Source: a virus. From it: a stretch of DNA of 64,000 nt. The DNA lies in the IMG/VR virus record IMGVR_UViG_3300046791_000298, positions 12,830 to 76,829 of that record; one strand, given 5' to 3'. The translations under genes were made by a program, and so were the position numbers. Shown here piece after piece: positions 45,151-54,867 of this stretch (positions are counted from its first letter, which is position 1; each line of letters begins with the position of its first letter). The notes under the pieces were generated by a model. That model searched no databases, had not been told where the DNA came from, and saw nothing but the letters and a program-made list of their open reading frames with translations.

Positions 45151-47100
45151 TTAATTCGCTACTGTTAATAAATCATGGAATTCTTGAATATTAATACAAT
45201 CCGTTATAGTTCCATTAAAAGTTCTGATAGGTCTTCCTCCACTCGCATCGATACGAGTAAAATTTGCAAGTACATTGCACGCTGCTCCATTTTGTAAAGT
45301 TAAAATTGTTTTTGTTGTGGCATGTGCTGAAATAAAAGTTAATGAAGCCCCATTACTGGAAGTGCTGCAATTAAAATAAGATGTTACAGTATATGTTATA
45401 GATTCTTTCAGAGTAACTGCGGCCGTAGTAACATGACTCGATACTAATGTCCCAACCGTCCAACCCGCACTTCCTGTAAAGGTTGTTGGATTTATTTGCA
45501 AATTTAAAGTTGTAGAACTCAATAAAGAATTAATAGTTATCGTTAAGACAGAAGATGAATTAGCCATGTTCACAGTCTCCCAACTCATCCCATTTGTACT
45601 AAGTGTACAATCGGATGTTAATAATAAAATTGATGAGGTAACTGTGATGGTGCCTGAATTATAAGTAAGCGTACCAGTTTTATATTGAACAGTCCCACTT
45701 ATGGTTACATTGCCTTGTAGAAATGTATTATTACTTAACCCAGTAACACTCCCACCTGTCCATGTTCCACCAGTTAAATAAAAATCAGCAGTTCCTTGGG
45801 TTGCTGATGTCACGGTGATCCCTCCACTTATTGTAACAGTTTCGGCTGTTGTCTTATTAATAGTAACACCAGCTCCAGCATTTAATAATAATAATCCAGA
45901 AATTGTCAAATTAGATGTTAAGGTCATATTAACCTGTCCACCAGAAGTCGAACAACTAAAATTGTTCCAGGTTATTCCATTAGTATTAAATACTGTTGAT
46001 GCGGCAGAAATGACCCTTATAGTTGAGCCAGTTGTAGTGATTGTGCCACTAATATATGTTATGGTTTTTTCTCCAAAATTTACTGTTCCCGAAATAGTAA
46101 CGTTTCCCTGTAAATCTAAATCGGTTTGAATTTGACTTGGAGAACCTCCAGACCATGTTCCACCAGTTAAAATTATCTTAACTGTGCCTGATATATTAGC
46201 ACTTACAGTAATCCCGCCAGATAAAGTTAATGTCTCTGCTGCAGTAGGGGTTAAGGTTGTTGTAGAGGAAATGGTAAGAAGACCGGAAATCGTAAAATTA
46301 CCACTTAGCGTCTTGGTGCTGGATAGCGACCAAGTCATTGCATTAGGCCAAGTCTTCCCTCCACTCGTTATCGTTGAAGTAGCATTAATAGTAATAGAAC
46401 TCGATCCTGCTATTGTATAAGAGGTATTTAAAGTAAGATTACCAGAAATAGTAAGCGCCGCATTGTGAGTCATAGTCTGTGTATATCCGGACGTAATGGT
46501 TAAGGAAAGTACATTAATGGTAGCTGATATTGTGCTATTACTATTTCCACTAGCACCTGCACCATCGAATGTTACATCATCAGTTGAAGTTGGTACAGAG
46601 GCATTGCCAGCCCCTCCAGAAGTACCAGACCAATTAGTATTTGATGTTGCATTCCAGTTAGCATTACTTCCACCACCTACCCAAAATCTCGAAGCATTAT
46701 GAACAATTAATCCATCAGCAATGTAAACATGATCACCATCAACCCTTATCAACCACCAAGTTTCATCAGGTGAAGTTTCTTCTATAGAAGTTATAACTAC
46801 TTCCTGCCTATCTTCATCATAGATAATATCTCCAATCTGTAATAATTTGGCATGAGTAATCCCACTTTGCTTGGTAGGTATTGATTGGTTTTTAAATAAT
46901 TTGTATGTACCGTTAATTAAATAAAAAATGAACTCACCATGATGCTCCTTAAAATCGGGATCTGTTTTGGGTGAGAGTCTCTCCTTACTGATTAAAAAGT
47001 TTGAAATAGTAATCCCTGTATCTTCATCGTAGGCAAGAAGTTCATCACCAACAAAGATATCTTCAATATTTTTATAGCCGTAAGGAGTACGTAGACGCAT
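45151..47100 (-). CDS. fibre/spike protein (paralogue A) with N-terminal Hint domain
   Basis: aa 1-135 Hint-like (TPYGYKNIEDIFVGD...HVYIADGLIVHN), then ASRFWVGGG fibre domain. Confidence 0.85.
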   Translation of the reverse strand: MRLRTPYGYKNIEDIFVGDELLAYDEDTGITISNFLISKERLSPKTDPDFKEHHGEFIFYLINGTYKLFKNQSIPTKQSGITHAKLLQIGDIIYDEDRQEVVITSIEETSPDETWWLIRVDGDHVYIADGLIVHNASRFWVGGGSNANWNATSNTNWSGTSGGAGNASVPTSTDDVTFDGAGASGNSNSTISATINVLSLTITSGYTQTMTHNAALTISGNLTLNTSYTIAGSSSITINATSTITSGGKTWPNAMTWSLSSTKTLSGNFTISGLLTISSTTTLTPTAAETLTLSGGITVSANISGTVKIILTGGTWSGGSPSQIQTDLDLQGNVTISGTVNFGEKTITYISGTITTTGSTIRVISAASTVFNTNGITWNNFSCSTSGGQVNMTLTSNLTISGLLLLNAGAGVTINKTTAETVTISGGITVTSATQGTADFYLTGGTWTGGSVTGLSNNTFLQGNVTISGTVQYKTGTLTYNSGTITVTSSILLLTSDCTLSTNGMSWETVNMANSSSVLTITINSLLSSTTLNLQINPTTFTGSAGWTVGTLVSSHVTTAAVTLKESITYTVTSYFNCSTSSNGASLTFISAHATTKTILTLQNGAACNVLANFTRIDASGGRPIRTFNGTITDCINIQEFHDLLTVAN

Positions 47101-47101
47101 T

Positions 47102-47479
47102 TTACCACTCTATCGCTTTTGTATCATCCCCTGGCAAAACACCAGCAAAATTATCAAAAGTAATTCCTGACGTTGGTCCCGATGTTCCCAATTCACTATC
47201 AGCTAGTTCATTATTCACATCAAGAACAGGAGTTGCGGTAGTATATTCATTCAACAGAAATTCACAAATAGCTTTCTGTGAACCAAAATTACTACCCTGG
47301 GAAAGTATCTGCTTCGCATAACGCTTTCTCTTTTGAAGTCTGGCGTTATAATCTACTAGTGCCGCTGGGGTAGTATTAGTATGGTATGTTGCAAGAGATT
47401 TAAAACCCATCCACACTCTTTGTTGGAAGGTTTCCTTTGCGGCCATGACCGCTTTTTCAGAATATGTTAGTGCTGCCAT
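47102..47479 (-). CDS. putative virion protein
   Basis: 125 aa in the fibre cluster. Confidence 0.55.
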   Translation of the reverse strand: MAALTYSEKAVMAAKETFQQRVWMGFKSLATYHTNTTPAALVDYNARLQKRKRYAKQILSQGSNFGSQKAICEFLLNEYTTATPVLDVNNELADSELGTSGPTSGITFDNFAGVLPGDDTKAIEW

Positions 47480-47499
47480 TGTATTTTTATTTTAAGGTT

Positions 47500-49989
47500 T
47501 TATGAGTACAAGTCAAATGTTATGTAGGTAGCTCCAGTATTAGTCAAAACGCTGATCTCAAAAATATCATCAGCAGCAAATGAAGTTGTCCAGCCTGACA
47601 ATGAAGTAGACTTCACCGCATTACCAGTTGTTAAATCTGGAGGATCGGATGCTACTATCGATGAAGAAGGGAGGGCTGTACCTGTGGCAATTTTTTTAAT
47701 TTCCAATGTCAGATTAGGGCTTGTTCCTGCCGCAATAATCGACCATGCTGATATTGTTCCTCCTGATTTGGCACGTATATATGTTTTAGTGCCTACTAAT
47801 ACAATTCCGCCCTGACCATCAAATTTTGCTGGGCCCGTTCCAACAGAACTAATTACACTCTCAATTTTATCGTATACTGCATTCTTTGAAGGTGCAATTG
47901 TTGTGACTCCATCCCATGATGAACCATAAGCTGTATTGTCTGCTGATTCAACAATCTTCCATGTGCCATCTCCGCACCAAAATGTCGTTGCTGATGCTAA
48001 CGTACCGGAATTTAAATGTGAGACATCAAGGTTACCGGTAACCCCATTACTTAAATCAACTTGTGACCATTCTGGATTATTAGAAGATCCACTATTGCTT
48101 AAATATCGCGTAGCACTTGTATTTTTAGGAAGTGCCACAATATTATCTGTAGCATCTGAATATAAAATATCTCCCTGGGTTACGGTCGATAACCCTATTC
48201 CTCCTCTAACAACTGATAATGTTCCACTCCATCCAACCGCAATTGAGGCGGCAGTTAATAAAGCTGTAGTGGGGCCTCCTCCTAAAGTGAGGGTTACATT
48301 CGTATCATCAGATTTAGTGAGTGCAGCACCATTCCCAGATCCTCCCAACAATGCAATTGTTCCTGATACATCTGGGGCTGTTAATGTGCGGGTAGTGCCT
48401 CCAGCTATTGCAGATGCCTGGAATTTTAAAATTTTTGTAGGGTCAACATTATCAAGAATAGAAAGATTATTATCTAAGAATGAATGTGTCCCTGTCCATG
48501 CTTTATTAAGAGATGCACTGACTGTAAAGACGGTGCCTGTTCCAGAGACAACAATGTCTCCATAGTTACCATCCGAAACACCTGCCGAAGAGACTGCCCA
48601 TGTAGGAACACCGGCGGCAAGAGTTAGTACATATCCATTAGTTGTCGCAACTAATTTTGTTAATGTTGTAGTTGTATTGGCATACAACATATCTCCAACG
48701 GAAAATACACTGAACCCAGTTCCTCCATTATCAGCATCCAAAGTACCGGCCATGGTAATGGTACCGGTTGTTGTAATTGGCCCTCCTGAAAAAGTTAATC
48801 CGGTGGATCCTCCAGCAACTTGAACTGATGTAACTGTTCCTCCACTGCCTGGTGTTTGCCATAATGGAAATCCTCCTATCATTGTAAGGACCTGTCCAGG
48901 TGTACCCGCACTTAAAGAAATTGCTGTTCCGGAACCATTCCCATAAATAAGAGAGCCAGCACCAATAGCGGTCGATATTTTATTATTAAGTTGAGTCTGC
49001 GCATTAGACAAAAGTCCGATTGTATATTCAAGATGAGTGGTTGTTAAACCCAACCCATTTGTTCCTAGTAAAACATTTATATCGGCAGCGCTGGGAGTAA
49101 TATCCGAGACATCAGCGATAGTTAAAGTTTTCCAATCTGAATCGTATGGCGACCCAGATACTTTATATAAGAATTGATTCGTCGTACCTCCAGCGGGTAG
49201 ACCGGTTATAATCGGATCAGTTAAATTCCATTCTCCATTAGCAAAATCCCATGTTAAAGCGAATCCATCTTCTGTTATAGTTGGATTTTTTGCTAGTGCA
49301 CTTGCTGGGATGCCAAGGATATTATTATTCAATTGTGATTGAACGTTGCTTGTTAAGGTTGATAAGAAATTTCCTTGAGTCATGGTGGTGGTGAGCGAAA
49401 CTAACTGCCCATTACCATCTGATCCAATTAATCTTGAGGCCGTCAACCCTGCGTTCTCTCCCATAACGCCTAATGAATTATTTGCTAAAATTCGGTAAGC
49501 TGTACCGCTTGCAAGTTTTGATCTTGCTATTGCGGCATTGCTCAGGATATGAGTATTAGAAATTACAGAACTCTTAATAGCAAGTCCTCCGCCAACGGTT
49601 CCAGCTATATCTCCAAGCGTAGAGGTATTAACTGCCTGTGCGGTACCATTTCCAATGAATATAAACCCAGCAGCAAGAGAACTTGAGAGTTTATTATTGA
49701 ATGTATTCCAATCCGTTGAACTTAAATATCCAGATTGAGATGTGGTTGCTTGTTTAACCTGGATGGAGGCATTACTTAATAATGATGCTGATCCTCCTGT
49801 AATTGTAAGGACTGAGGATGTCGCCTCGGTAAGATTACCTCCAGCGGAAACGCGGCTTGCTGGCACAGACGAAGTTTGAGTAACAAGTCCTGTTGTCGAA
49901 TTACGCATCAGGAATGCGTCAGTACCTCCTCCGGTTGCCGGGAGAAAATCAAGCGCTAATCCATTTACTACTCTAAATTCGTTTGCCAT
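47500..49989 (-). CDS. tail fibre protein
   Basis: T/S/G-rich; GYLSSTDWNTFNNK, GTVTSV and GDMLYA fibre motifs. Confidence 0.8.
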   Translation of the reverse strand: MANEFRVVNGLALDFLPATGGGTDAFLMRNSTTGLVTQTSSVPASRVSAGGNLTEATSSVLTITGGSASLLSNASIQVKQATTSQSGYLSSTDWNTFNNKLSSSLAAGFIFIGNGTAQAVNTSTLGDIAGTVGGGLAIKSSVISNTHILSNAAIARSKLASGTAYRILANNSLGVMGENAGLTASRLIGSDGNGQLVSLTTTMTQGNFLSTLTSNVQSQLNNNILGIPASALAKNPTITEDGFALTWDFANGEWNLTDPIITGLPAGGTTNQFLYKVSGSPYDSDWKTLTIADVSDITPSAADINVLLGTNGLGLTTTHLEYTIGLLSNAQTQLNNKISTAIGAGSLIYGNGSGTAISLSAGTPGQVLTMIGGFPLWQTPGSGGTVTSVQVAGGSTGLTFSGGPITTTGTITMAGTLDADNGGTGFSVFSVGDMLYANTTTTLTKLVATTNGYVLTLAAGVPTWAVSSAGVSDGNYGDIVVSGTGTVFTVSASLNKAWTGTHSFLDNNLSILDNVDPTKILKFQASAIAGGTTRTLTAPDVSGTIALLGGSGNGAALTKSDDTNVTLTLGGGPTTALLTAASIAVGWSGTLSVVRGGIGLSTVTQGDILYSDATDNIVALPKNTSATRYLSNSGSSNNPEWSQVDLSNGVTGNLDVSHLNSGTLASATTFWCGDGTWKIVESADNTAYGSSWDGVTTIAPSKNAVYDKIESVISSVGTGPAKFDGQGGIVLVGTKTYIRAKSGGTISAWSIIAAGTSPNLTLEIKKIATGTALPSSSIVASDPPDLTTGNAVKSTSLSGWTTSFAADDIFEISVLTNTGATYITFDLYS

Positions 49990-49990
49990 A

Positions 49991-51406
49991 TTAATGAGTC
50001 CAGAATTCTACATCACTTATAACATACGTTGCTGCAGTAAACCCAAACAATTTTATATCTCCATTTGTTTCAGCAAAGAAAGCAATAGAGGCATCAACTA
50101 CATTAGATTGAGTTTGTTGTGTTGGTCTATAACCAGCAGGCAAATTAGCGAAGATAGCGTTAGTAGCATCGGTGCCATCAACATCCCCACGGAAATGAAC
50201 CGCTCCCAATGAATCTTTAAAGTATTGAGGTGTTACCGACCCAGAAACCCACCCATTGATTAATGTAATATCTATCCATGCTTCTTGTGGAATTGCTATT
50301 AATTGTTCGTATCTCACAGCATCCCCGTTATTGGTTGCAGCGGCAAGACCCGTAACTTTATTTCCCCCCATGGCGATACTACCGGACATTGTCCCGCCAA
50401 TGAGTTGGAGGAAAACACCAATGACTTGTTCATAACGAAGCGAATCTCCGTTGCCAGTGCCCACTCCTAATCCTGTTATTTTATTCCCACCAGCTGGAAG
50501 ATTACCATTCATAGGGATTGACCCATCACGAGAAAGTTTTTCACCAAGTGCGGCAACCAGACCAATTACTTCTGCCATAAGAACATCAGCAAATTGGGCA
50601 TCGAAATCATTAGACGATGATTTCCTTAAATATTGCCCTACAGTCCCGCCTGCTGGAAGAGGTCCCTGTGCATTCTGAAAAGATACATTCTCAAATGAAA
50701 TCCTCGATCCCCTTACTACCCATCCATTTGTGGGTACGTTACAGGTTAATTCTAAATTTCCACCAACGATTGCGGCAGAAAAATTAACTGCATCACCAAC
50801 GGTTCCTCCAACATCATTCCCTCTATAGTTTGTTATCACTGGGTCTGACGAGCCCCTCCAGTTTATCCCAAGGATATCCAGGCGTGAACCTTCACCAGTA
50901 CCAGTACCTCGAATATTGATTATGTAAAAAGCGTATTCGCTTGATGAGGCATCGAGTGAATCAACAACCTCTCCTGGAGACTGTACATTTATATTTTGAA
51001 ATGTTACTCCGCCAGGGACCGCAGGACCACCAGTTACAGGGGCTCCAGTACTGCCAGCTGTCGAAGGGAAGAATGCTAATGGTATCCGCTTACCGGTGAG
51101 TAAAGGGATTGCGGCTCCTCCGTAGAATTGACTGAGCCGAGCAATAGCATCGAGTAATTTATTAAACTTCTGCTCATTAGCTGGATCCTCATAGTAAGCA
51201 ATAACCTCACCGTCATCATCAAGAATATTTTGCAGATAAATCCGTAACAGTATCAGCCGATACATATCATCCCGATAGGCTGTGTCCCCCTGATCTTGTC
51301 CGCGCTTACTACGCCTGACTAATGAGAGACCTATATCGGCAATTGCATGCTGACCACGGTTAATGATCAATGAAATTTCTTCTGCGCTTTTTATTGGAGC
51401 ACTCAT
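49991..51406 (-). CDS. tail fibre/baseplate-proximal protein
   Basis: MGGNKVTGLAA and LPAGYRP fibre motifs. Confidence 0.7.
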   Translation of the reverse strand: MSAPIKSAEEISLIINRGQHAIADIGLSLVRRSKRGQDQGDTAYRDDMYRLILLRIYLQNILDDDGEVIAYYEDPANEQKFNKLLDAIARLSQFYGGAAIPLLTGKRIPLAFFPSTAGSTGAPVTGGPAVPGGVTFQNINVQSPGEVVDSLDASSSEYAFYIINIRGTGTGEGSRLDILGINWRGSSDPVITNYRGNDVGGTVGDAVNFSAAIVGGNLELTCNVPTNGWVVRGSRISFENVSFQNAQGPLPAGGTVGQYLRKSSSNDFDAQFADVLMAEVIGLVAALGEKLSRDGSIPMNGNLPAGGNKITGLGVGTGNGDSLRYEQVIGVFLQLIGGTMSGSIAMGGNKVTGLAAATNNGDAVRYEQLIAIPQEAWIDITLINGWVSGSVTPQYFKDSLGAVHFRGDVDGTDATNAIFANLPAGYRPTQQTQSNVVDASIAFFAETNGDIKLFGFTAATYVISDVEFWTH

Positions 51407-52059
51407 GCAGCGAATCGTTCTTGAACGTAATCAATAATTTCTTGAGCATTCACATTATCTCCTCTTCGGAAGTTAACCCATGCACTTTCTACAAGCCCCG
51501 CTGGGAATAGTACACTCGCGGCATCTTCCCAATTTTTACATTTTCCATTTATGATTTTTTGACCTAAAGCCGCAAGATCATCTCCGAGTTTCCCGGCTTC
51601 GCTACGAGCTGATGAGAAATTGTTTGTCTGAGTGATGTATACTCCAGTATCAGCAAGATTTAAAACCTCAGATAGGATATCAGTGATAACATCCCATTGG
51701 CTTCCTGTGCCTGGCTCTTCAATTGTTGATTGATTTGCTCTGTAATATACTCCATCATTATATACGCATTTATTCAGCGCATACGTTCCGGCTTGCCAGA
51801 TAGGGAATCCAAAAACAATTGCCACATACCAACCATCACTTGCCGCTAAATCAAACTCCCAATACGTTACCGCGGTCGGATTTGCGTTCGATATTGTAAT
51901 CGGTGTGTCAACCGATGCAACATCTCGTTTGGAGAGATATGCATATAAAGCCAAAGTATCTCTGGCTGGCGATGTGTATGTTGTGAGGTCAACCAATCTG
52001 CCGGTGACCAGATCAGAGGAAATCCCCTCTATCGCTGTTACAAATGGTATGCTTGGCAT
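51403..52059 (-). CDS. putative virion structural protein
   Basis: WQAGTY...YNDGVYYRA resembles a small carbohydrate-binding module. Confidence 0.55.
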   Translation of the reverse strand: MPSIPFVTAIEGISSDLVTGRLVDLTTYTSPARDTLALYAYLSKRDVASVDTPITISNANPTAVTYWEFDLAASDGWYVAIVFGFPIWQAGTYALNKCVYNDGVYYRANQSTIEEPGTGSQWDVITDILSEVLNLADTGVYITQTNNFSSARSEAGKLGDDLAALGQKIINGKCKNWEDAASVLFPAGLVESAWVNFRRGDNVNAQEIIDYVQERFAA

Positions 52060-52086
52060 AAAAAAGTCCCGATTTGATTCGGGACT
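52060..52086 (-). terminator. intrinsic terminator
   Basis: AGTCCCGA/TCGGGACT stem, then a T-run abutting the next ATG. Confidence 0.65.
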
Positions 52087-52129
52087 AAAATTGAGGAAAA
52101 ATTTGGCTACGTCAAATCAGGGTTTTACC

Positions 52130-53257
52130 CTATTCCCAGTAGTTCAGGAGTTCAGTAATATAATTGTAAATCTCCCTGTTCTCCTCTTTTACCATAGCAC
52201 TCACAAAATCTTCCATTGGGTCTTTCCCAATCGTATTGACAAAAATTACTTTGTCGGACTCTGGATCGATAAACCTTCTTTTATCCTGTTGGTATTCAAT
52301 TAACCCTAACCCAACAGCATCGATCAGATTCAGGCGAACCGGCACTTCTACATTATTATTCATCACAAAAAATTTGCGAGGATTATTACGTGCCCATAAT
52401 CTAAGATCAGTTTTGATGGTCCCAGTAAGGATACCCGCAGTTTTAATTTCTCCAGTGCTTACCGCAAATCCGATGATTAAATCACGGTCCTTAATATTAA
52501 CAACAGCACTTTCGGCTTCGAATGCCAACTGAGATTCAGCTGCCCTGTAGGCATCATTCTTATTGCCTTTAATATCGGTCCGTTCAAAAAGTGATGGTTC
52601 ATCCTTCCTTCGGAATGGATTTGATGCATTTAATGGATGCAATTCCATAAACACATATTTCCTGAAATTCTGCTCAGGGACAACGCGACAAATCCCTGCT
52701 GTAAATTCAATTGGCTCGATAGTATCATCAATTTTCTCAAGTCCCTCTCTATCTCTGCCAATTTGAGGGCGTCCAAGGTTTCGCTGTAATTTGCTCTTAC
52801 GGATTGGGTCCGGCTCGAATTTATCATAAAACATGTACGTTCCTGGCAACCATGGGTCTTTTGGTTCCGGCTTCTCTCCTGTGAGCGGATCAATACCTCT
52901 TCTCTCAATCCATGAATAGATGGCCGTGCGGCCCCTGGTAAGTGGAGGCAATACCCGTTCGCTCAATTTCAAATCAACAGCACGTTTTTTTCTGCTAGTG
53001 TACCCTTCGTAATCAATCACCTTAGCCTGTGGACGACCTTCATCATCCTTTTGCCGTCTCAACGATTTAGTATTCGCCAGGCCTTTTGGAACTTCCGGCT
53101 TAGGTTTCTTAAGAGGTTGTTCTTCTTCCTCTTCTTCCTCTTCCTCCTCCTGTTCAGGTCCTGGAATAGGAGATGGAATTTCTTTCAGGGGTGGAGGAGT
53201 TTCTTCATCCAGAAATGATCCTGGTGGTTTTTCTTCAATCTTCTCTTTTTTTGCCAT
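52130..53257 (-). CDS. conserved protein downstream of major capsid gene
   Basis: 375 aa, acidic/Pro N-terminus, LHPLN motif. Confidence 0.6.
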   Translation of the reverse strand: MAKKEKIEEKPPGSFLDEETPPPLKEIPSPIPGPEQEEEEEEEEEEQPLKKPKPEVPKGLANTKSLRRQKDDEGRPQAKVIDYEGYTSRKKRAVDLKLSERVLPPLTRGRTAIYSWIERRGIDPLTGEKPEPKDPWLPGTYMFYDKFEPDPIRKSKLQRNLGRPQIGRDREGLEKIDDTIEPIEFTAGICRVVPEQNFRKYVFMELHPLNASNPFRRKDEPSLFERTDIKGNKNDAYRAAESQLAFEAESAVVNIKDRDLIIGFAVSTGEIKTAGILTGTIKTDLRLWARNNPRKFFVMNNNVEVPVRLNLIDAVGLGLIEYQQDKRRFIDPESDKVIFVNTIGKDPMEDFVSAMVKEENREIYNYITELLNYWE

Positions 53258-53310
53258 AAAATATTTTATTAAAAGTTTACTACACTAATTTATTTTCACA
53301 TCAAGAGCAC

Positions 53311-53333
53311 AAAAAAGATGGACGAATCCATCT
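53311..53333 (-). terminator. intrinsic terminator after capsid gene
   Basis: AGATGGA-TTCG-TCCATCT-TTTTT on the minus strand. Confidence 0.8.
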
Positions 53334-53348
53334 CTTCTGTAAAAATGA

Positions 53349-54809
53349 TTAACTCAACGTAACCGGCTTTCCAAGGATGTGCTTGGAACCACCTACTGTT
53401 TGAGTTCCCATACGGCAGTACAGGTGAATAACTCTGTTTGCACGAGCGTTTGTTGCGCGCTCTGCGAAAGCACCAGTCATCCAAATTTTATAGTGCCCAC
53501 GAGTTCCTTCACCTTCTGGCATCTTGTACAGAACGTTGAAAGGATCGAGCATATTTCCATTCTTCGAATCCTTCTCTTTCAACATCGGTGCGATGATGAA
53601 GTAGAAAGGAAACTTAAATCCAGGAGCGCCACCGAATTTAGGGTGGTTCATAATGTCAAGGTCTTTCACATTATAAACAGCGCCACCTTTTTTGATCTGC
53701 TGGATATTCAGATCAACAGCCTGGCGATCGTAAACAATACCCCCGTTGATACCAAGGGTTGTTACGATACCTTCGGTTGCTGTACGATATTCGTAACCAA
53801 CCCACTTCATACAGTTTTTACCCTGTAAAAGTTTTCTACGCAAACGACCAATTTGATCGTACAGCGCCATGGTAGGAGTTGTATCGTATAACAATGGATT
53901 GGCATTCAATTCCAGATTCTGGATGTAACCCTGAGTGGTTGTCACAGCCTCGTCTTCTCCGGTCTCAGGATCCAAAGCGGTCAAGGTTCCTTCGTCCTTG
54001 TTGGCAAGGAACAATCCGTTATCAATCATTGCTCCCCAACGAATCTCAGTATCATTGATACCCTTGTGGTAGGTAAATTCAATTGTCTGACCGTTCCACT
54101 TAAGCGGATACGTTTCGTTTTGCATTTCCCAGTCGGTCACCTTATAGAAATCGCTGAAGGTTTGCAGATAGCTAGTGAAGGTTTTAGAAGTTGGAACCAT
54201 ACCCTCAGTCTGACCGAGTGTTTGTTCTCCGTGTGAGGTCGTGAATACGATGAATGAATTTCCACCATAAACTCCACCTGCCAGGGTAATTGTAGAGGCA
54301 AGAGAAGCCATTGCAGCCTGTACTTTCTGTAAATACAAGCGGTGCGCACCTGCGATAGTAGTACGTTTTCCTCTGATTCTCCACTCTGCACCATTCGCGA
54401 ACATGATATGCTGTCCTACACGAGGATAGCTTTTCGTGTACTGAGTAGTACCAGCGCCAGATGGGCTATGGCTTTCAAGGGCCAACTGGATATAATCCAA
54501 AGAATCAAAATCAGCTGGGTCACCGTTACCCGTAGAGGCAGTTCCATAAACGGATGCCTGGGTAGCAGAACTGTTCACTTTAGGAACATCAAACCGGCTT
54601 CTGGCTTCATGGTGGATGATTTCTTCGCCTTTTACGCGCTTCATCAAACCCATCTTCATGAATTCACCAGTGTCAGTTTCCAAGGGATTTACATCCCACA
54701 ACGTTTCGCCAATCTGGGGTTTATGCCAGTGGCTGAAATTCGAGATCAGCGGGAACTCATCAGTTGCCGCTACCGAGTAATCATTATAGGTATTCGATTC
54801 TGTAGCCAT
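53349..54809 (-). CDS. major capsid protein
   Basis: 486 aa after portal and scaffold; TTQGYI..L; followed by a strong terminator. Confidence 0.75.
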   Translation of the reverse strand: MATESNTYNDYSVAATDEFPLISNFSHWHKPQIGETLWDVNPLETDTGEFMKMGLMKRVKGEEIIHHEARSRFDVPKVNSSATQASVYGTASTGNGDPADFDSLDYIQLALESHSPSGAGTTQYTKSYPRVGQHIMFANGAEWRIRGKRTTIAGAHRLYLQKVQAAMASLASTITLAGGVYGGNSFIVFTTSHGEQTLGQTEGMVPTSKTFTSYLQTFSDFYKVTDWEMQNETYPLKWNGQTIEFTYHKGINDTEIRWGAMIDNGLFLANKDEGTLTALDPETGEDEAVTTTQGYIQNLELNANPLLYDTTPTMALYDQIGRLRRKLLQGKNCMKWVGYEYRTATEGIVTTLGINGGIVYDRQAVDLNIQQIKKGGAVYNVKDLDIMNHPKFGGAPGFKFPFYFIIAPMLKEKDSKNGNMLDPFNVLYKMPEGEGTRGHYKIWMTGAFAERATNARANRVIHLYCRMGTQTVGGSKHILGKPVTLS

Positions 54810-54867
54810 TTGTTAAGTGTTTAGAAAAATTTAATTTCCGCACTTAACCATCCAGTACTTTAAGACA

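Noticed and set aside
45151-47100. Canonical splicing intein
   Set aside because: No N-extein, no Cys/Ser1, no TxxH, and the +1 residue is Ala; only C-terminal cleavage is plausible.
43419-47100. Diversity-generating retroelement TR/VR pair
   Set aside because: Both copies are full genes whose differences are not confined to adenines; no reverse transcriptase in the window.
43732-48565. Plus-strand Val/Pro-rich ORFs in the track
   Set aside because: Antisense shadows of Thr/Gly-rich fibre genes; the same applies to most short opposite-strand ORFs nested in long genes.
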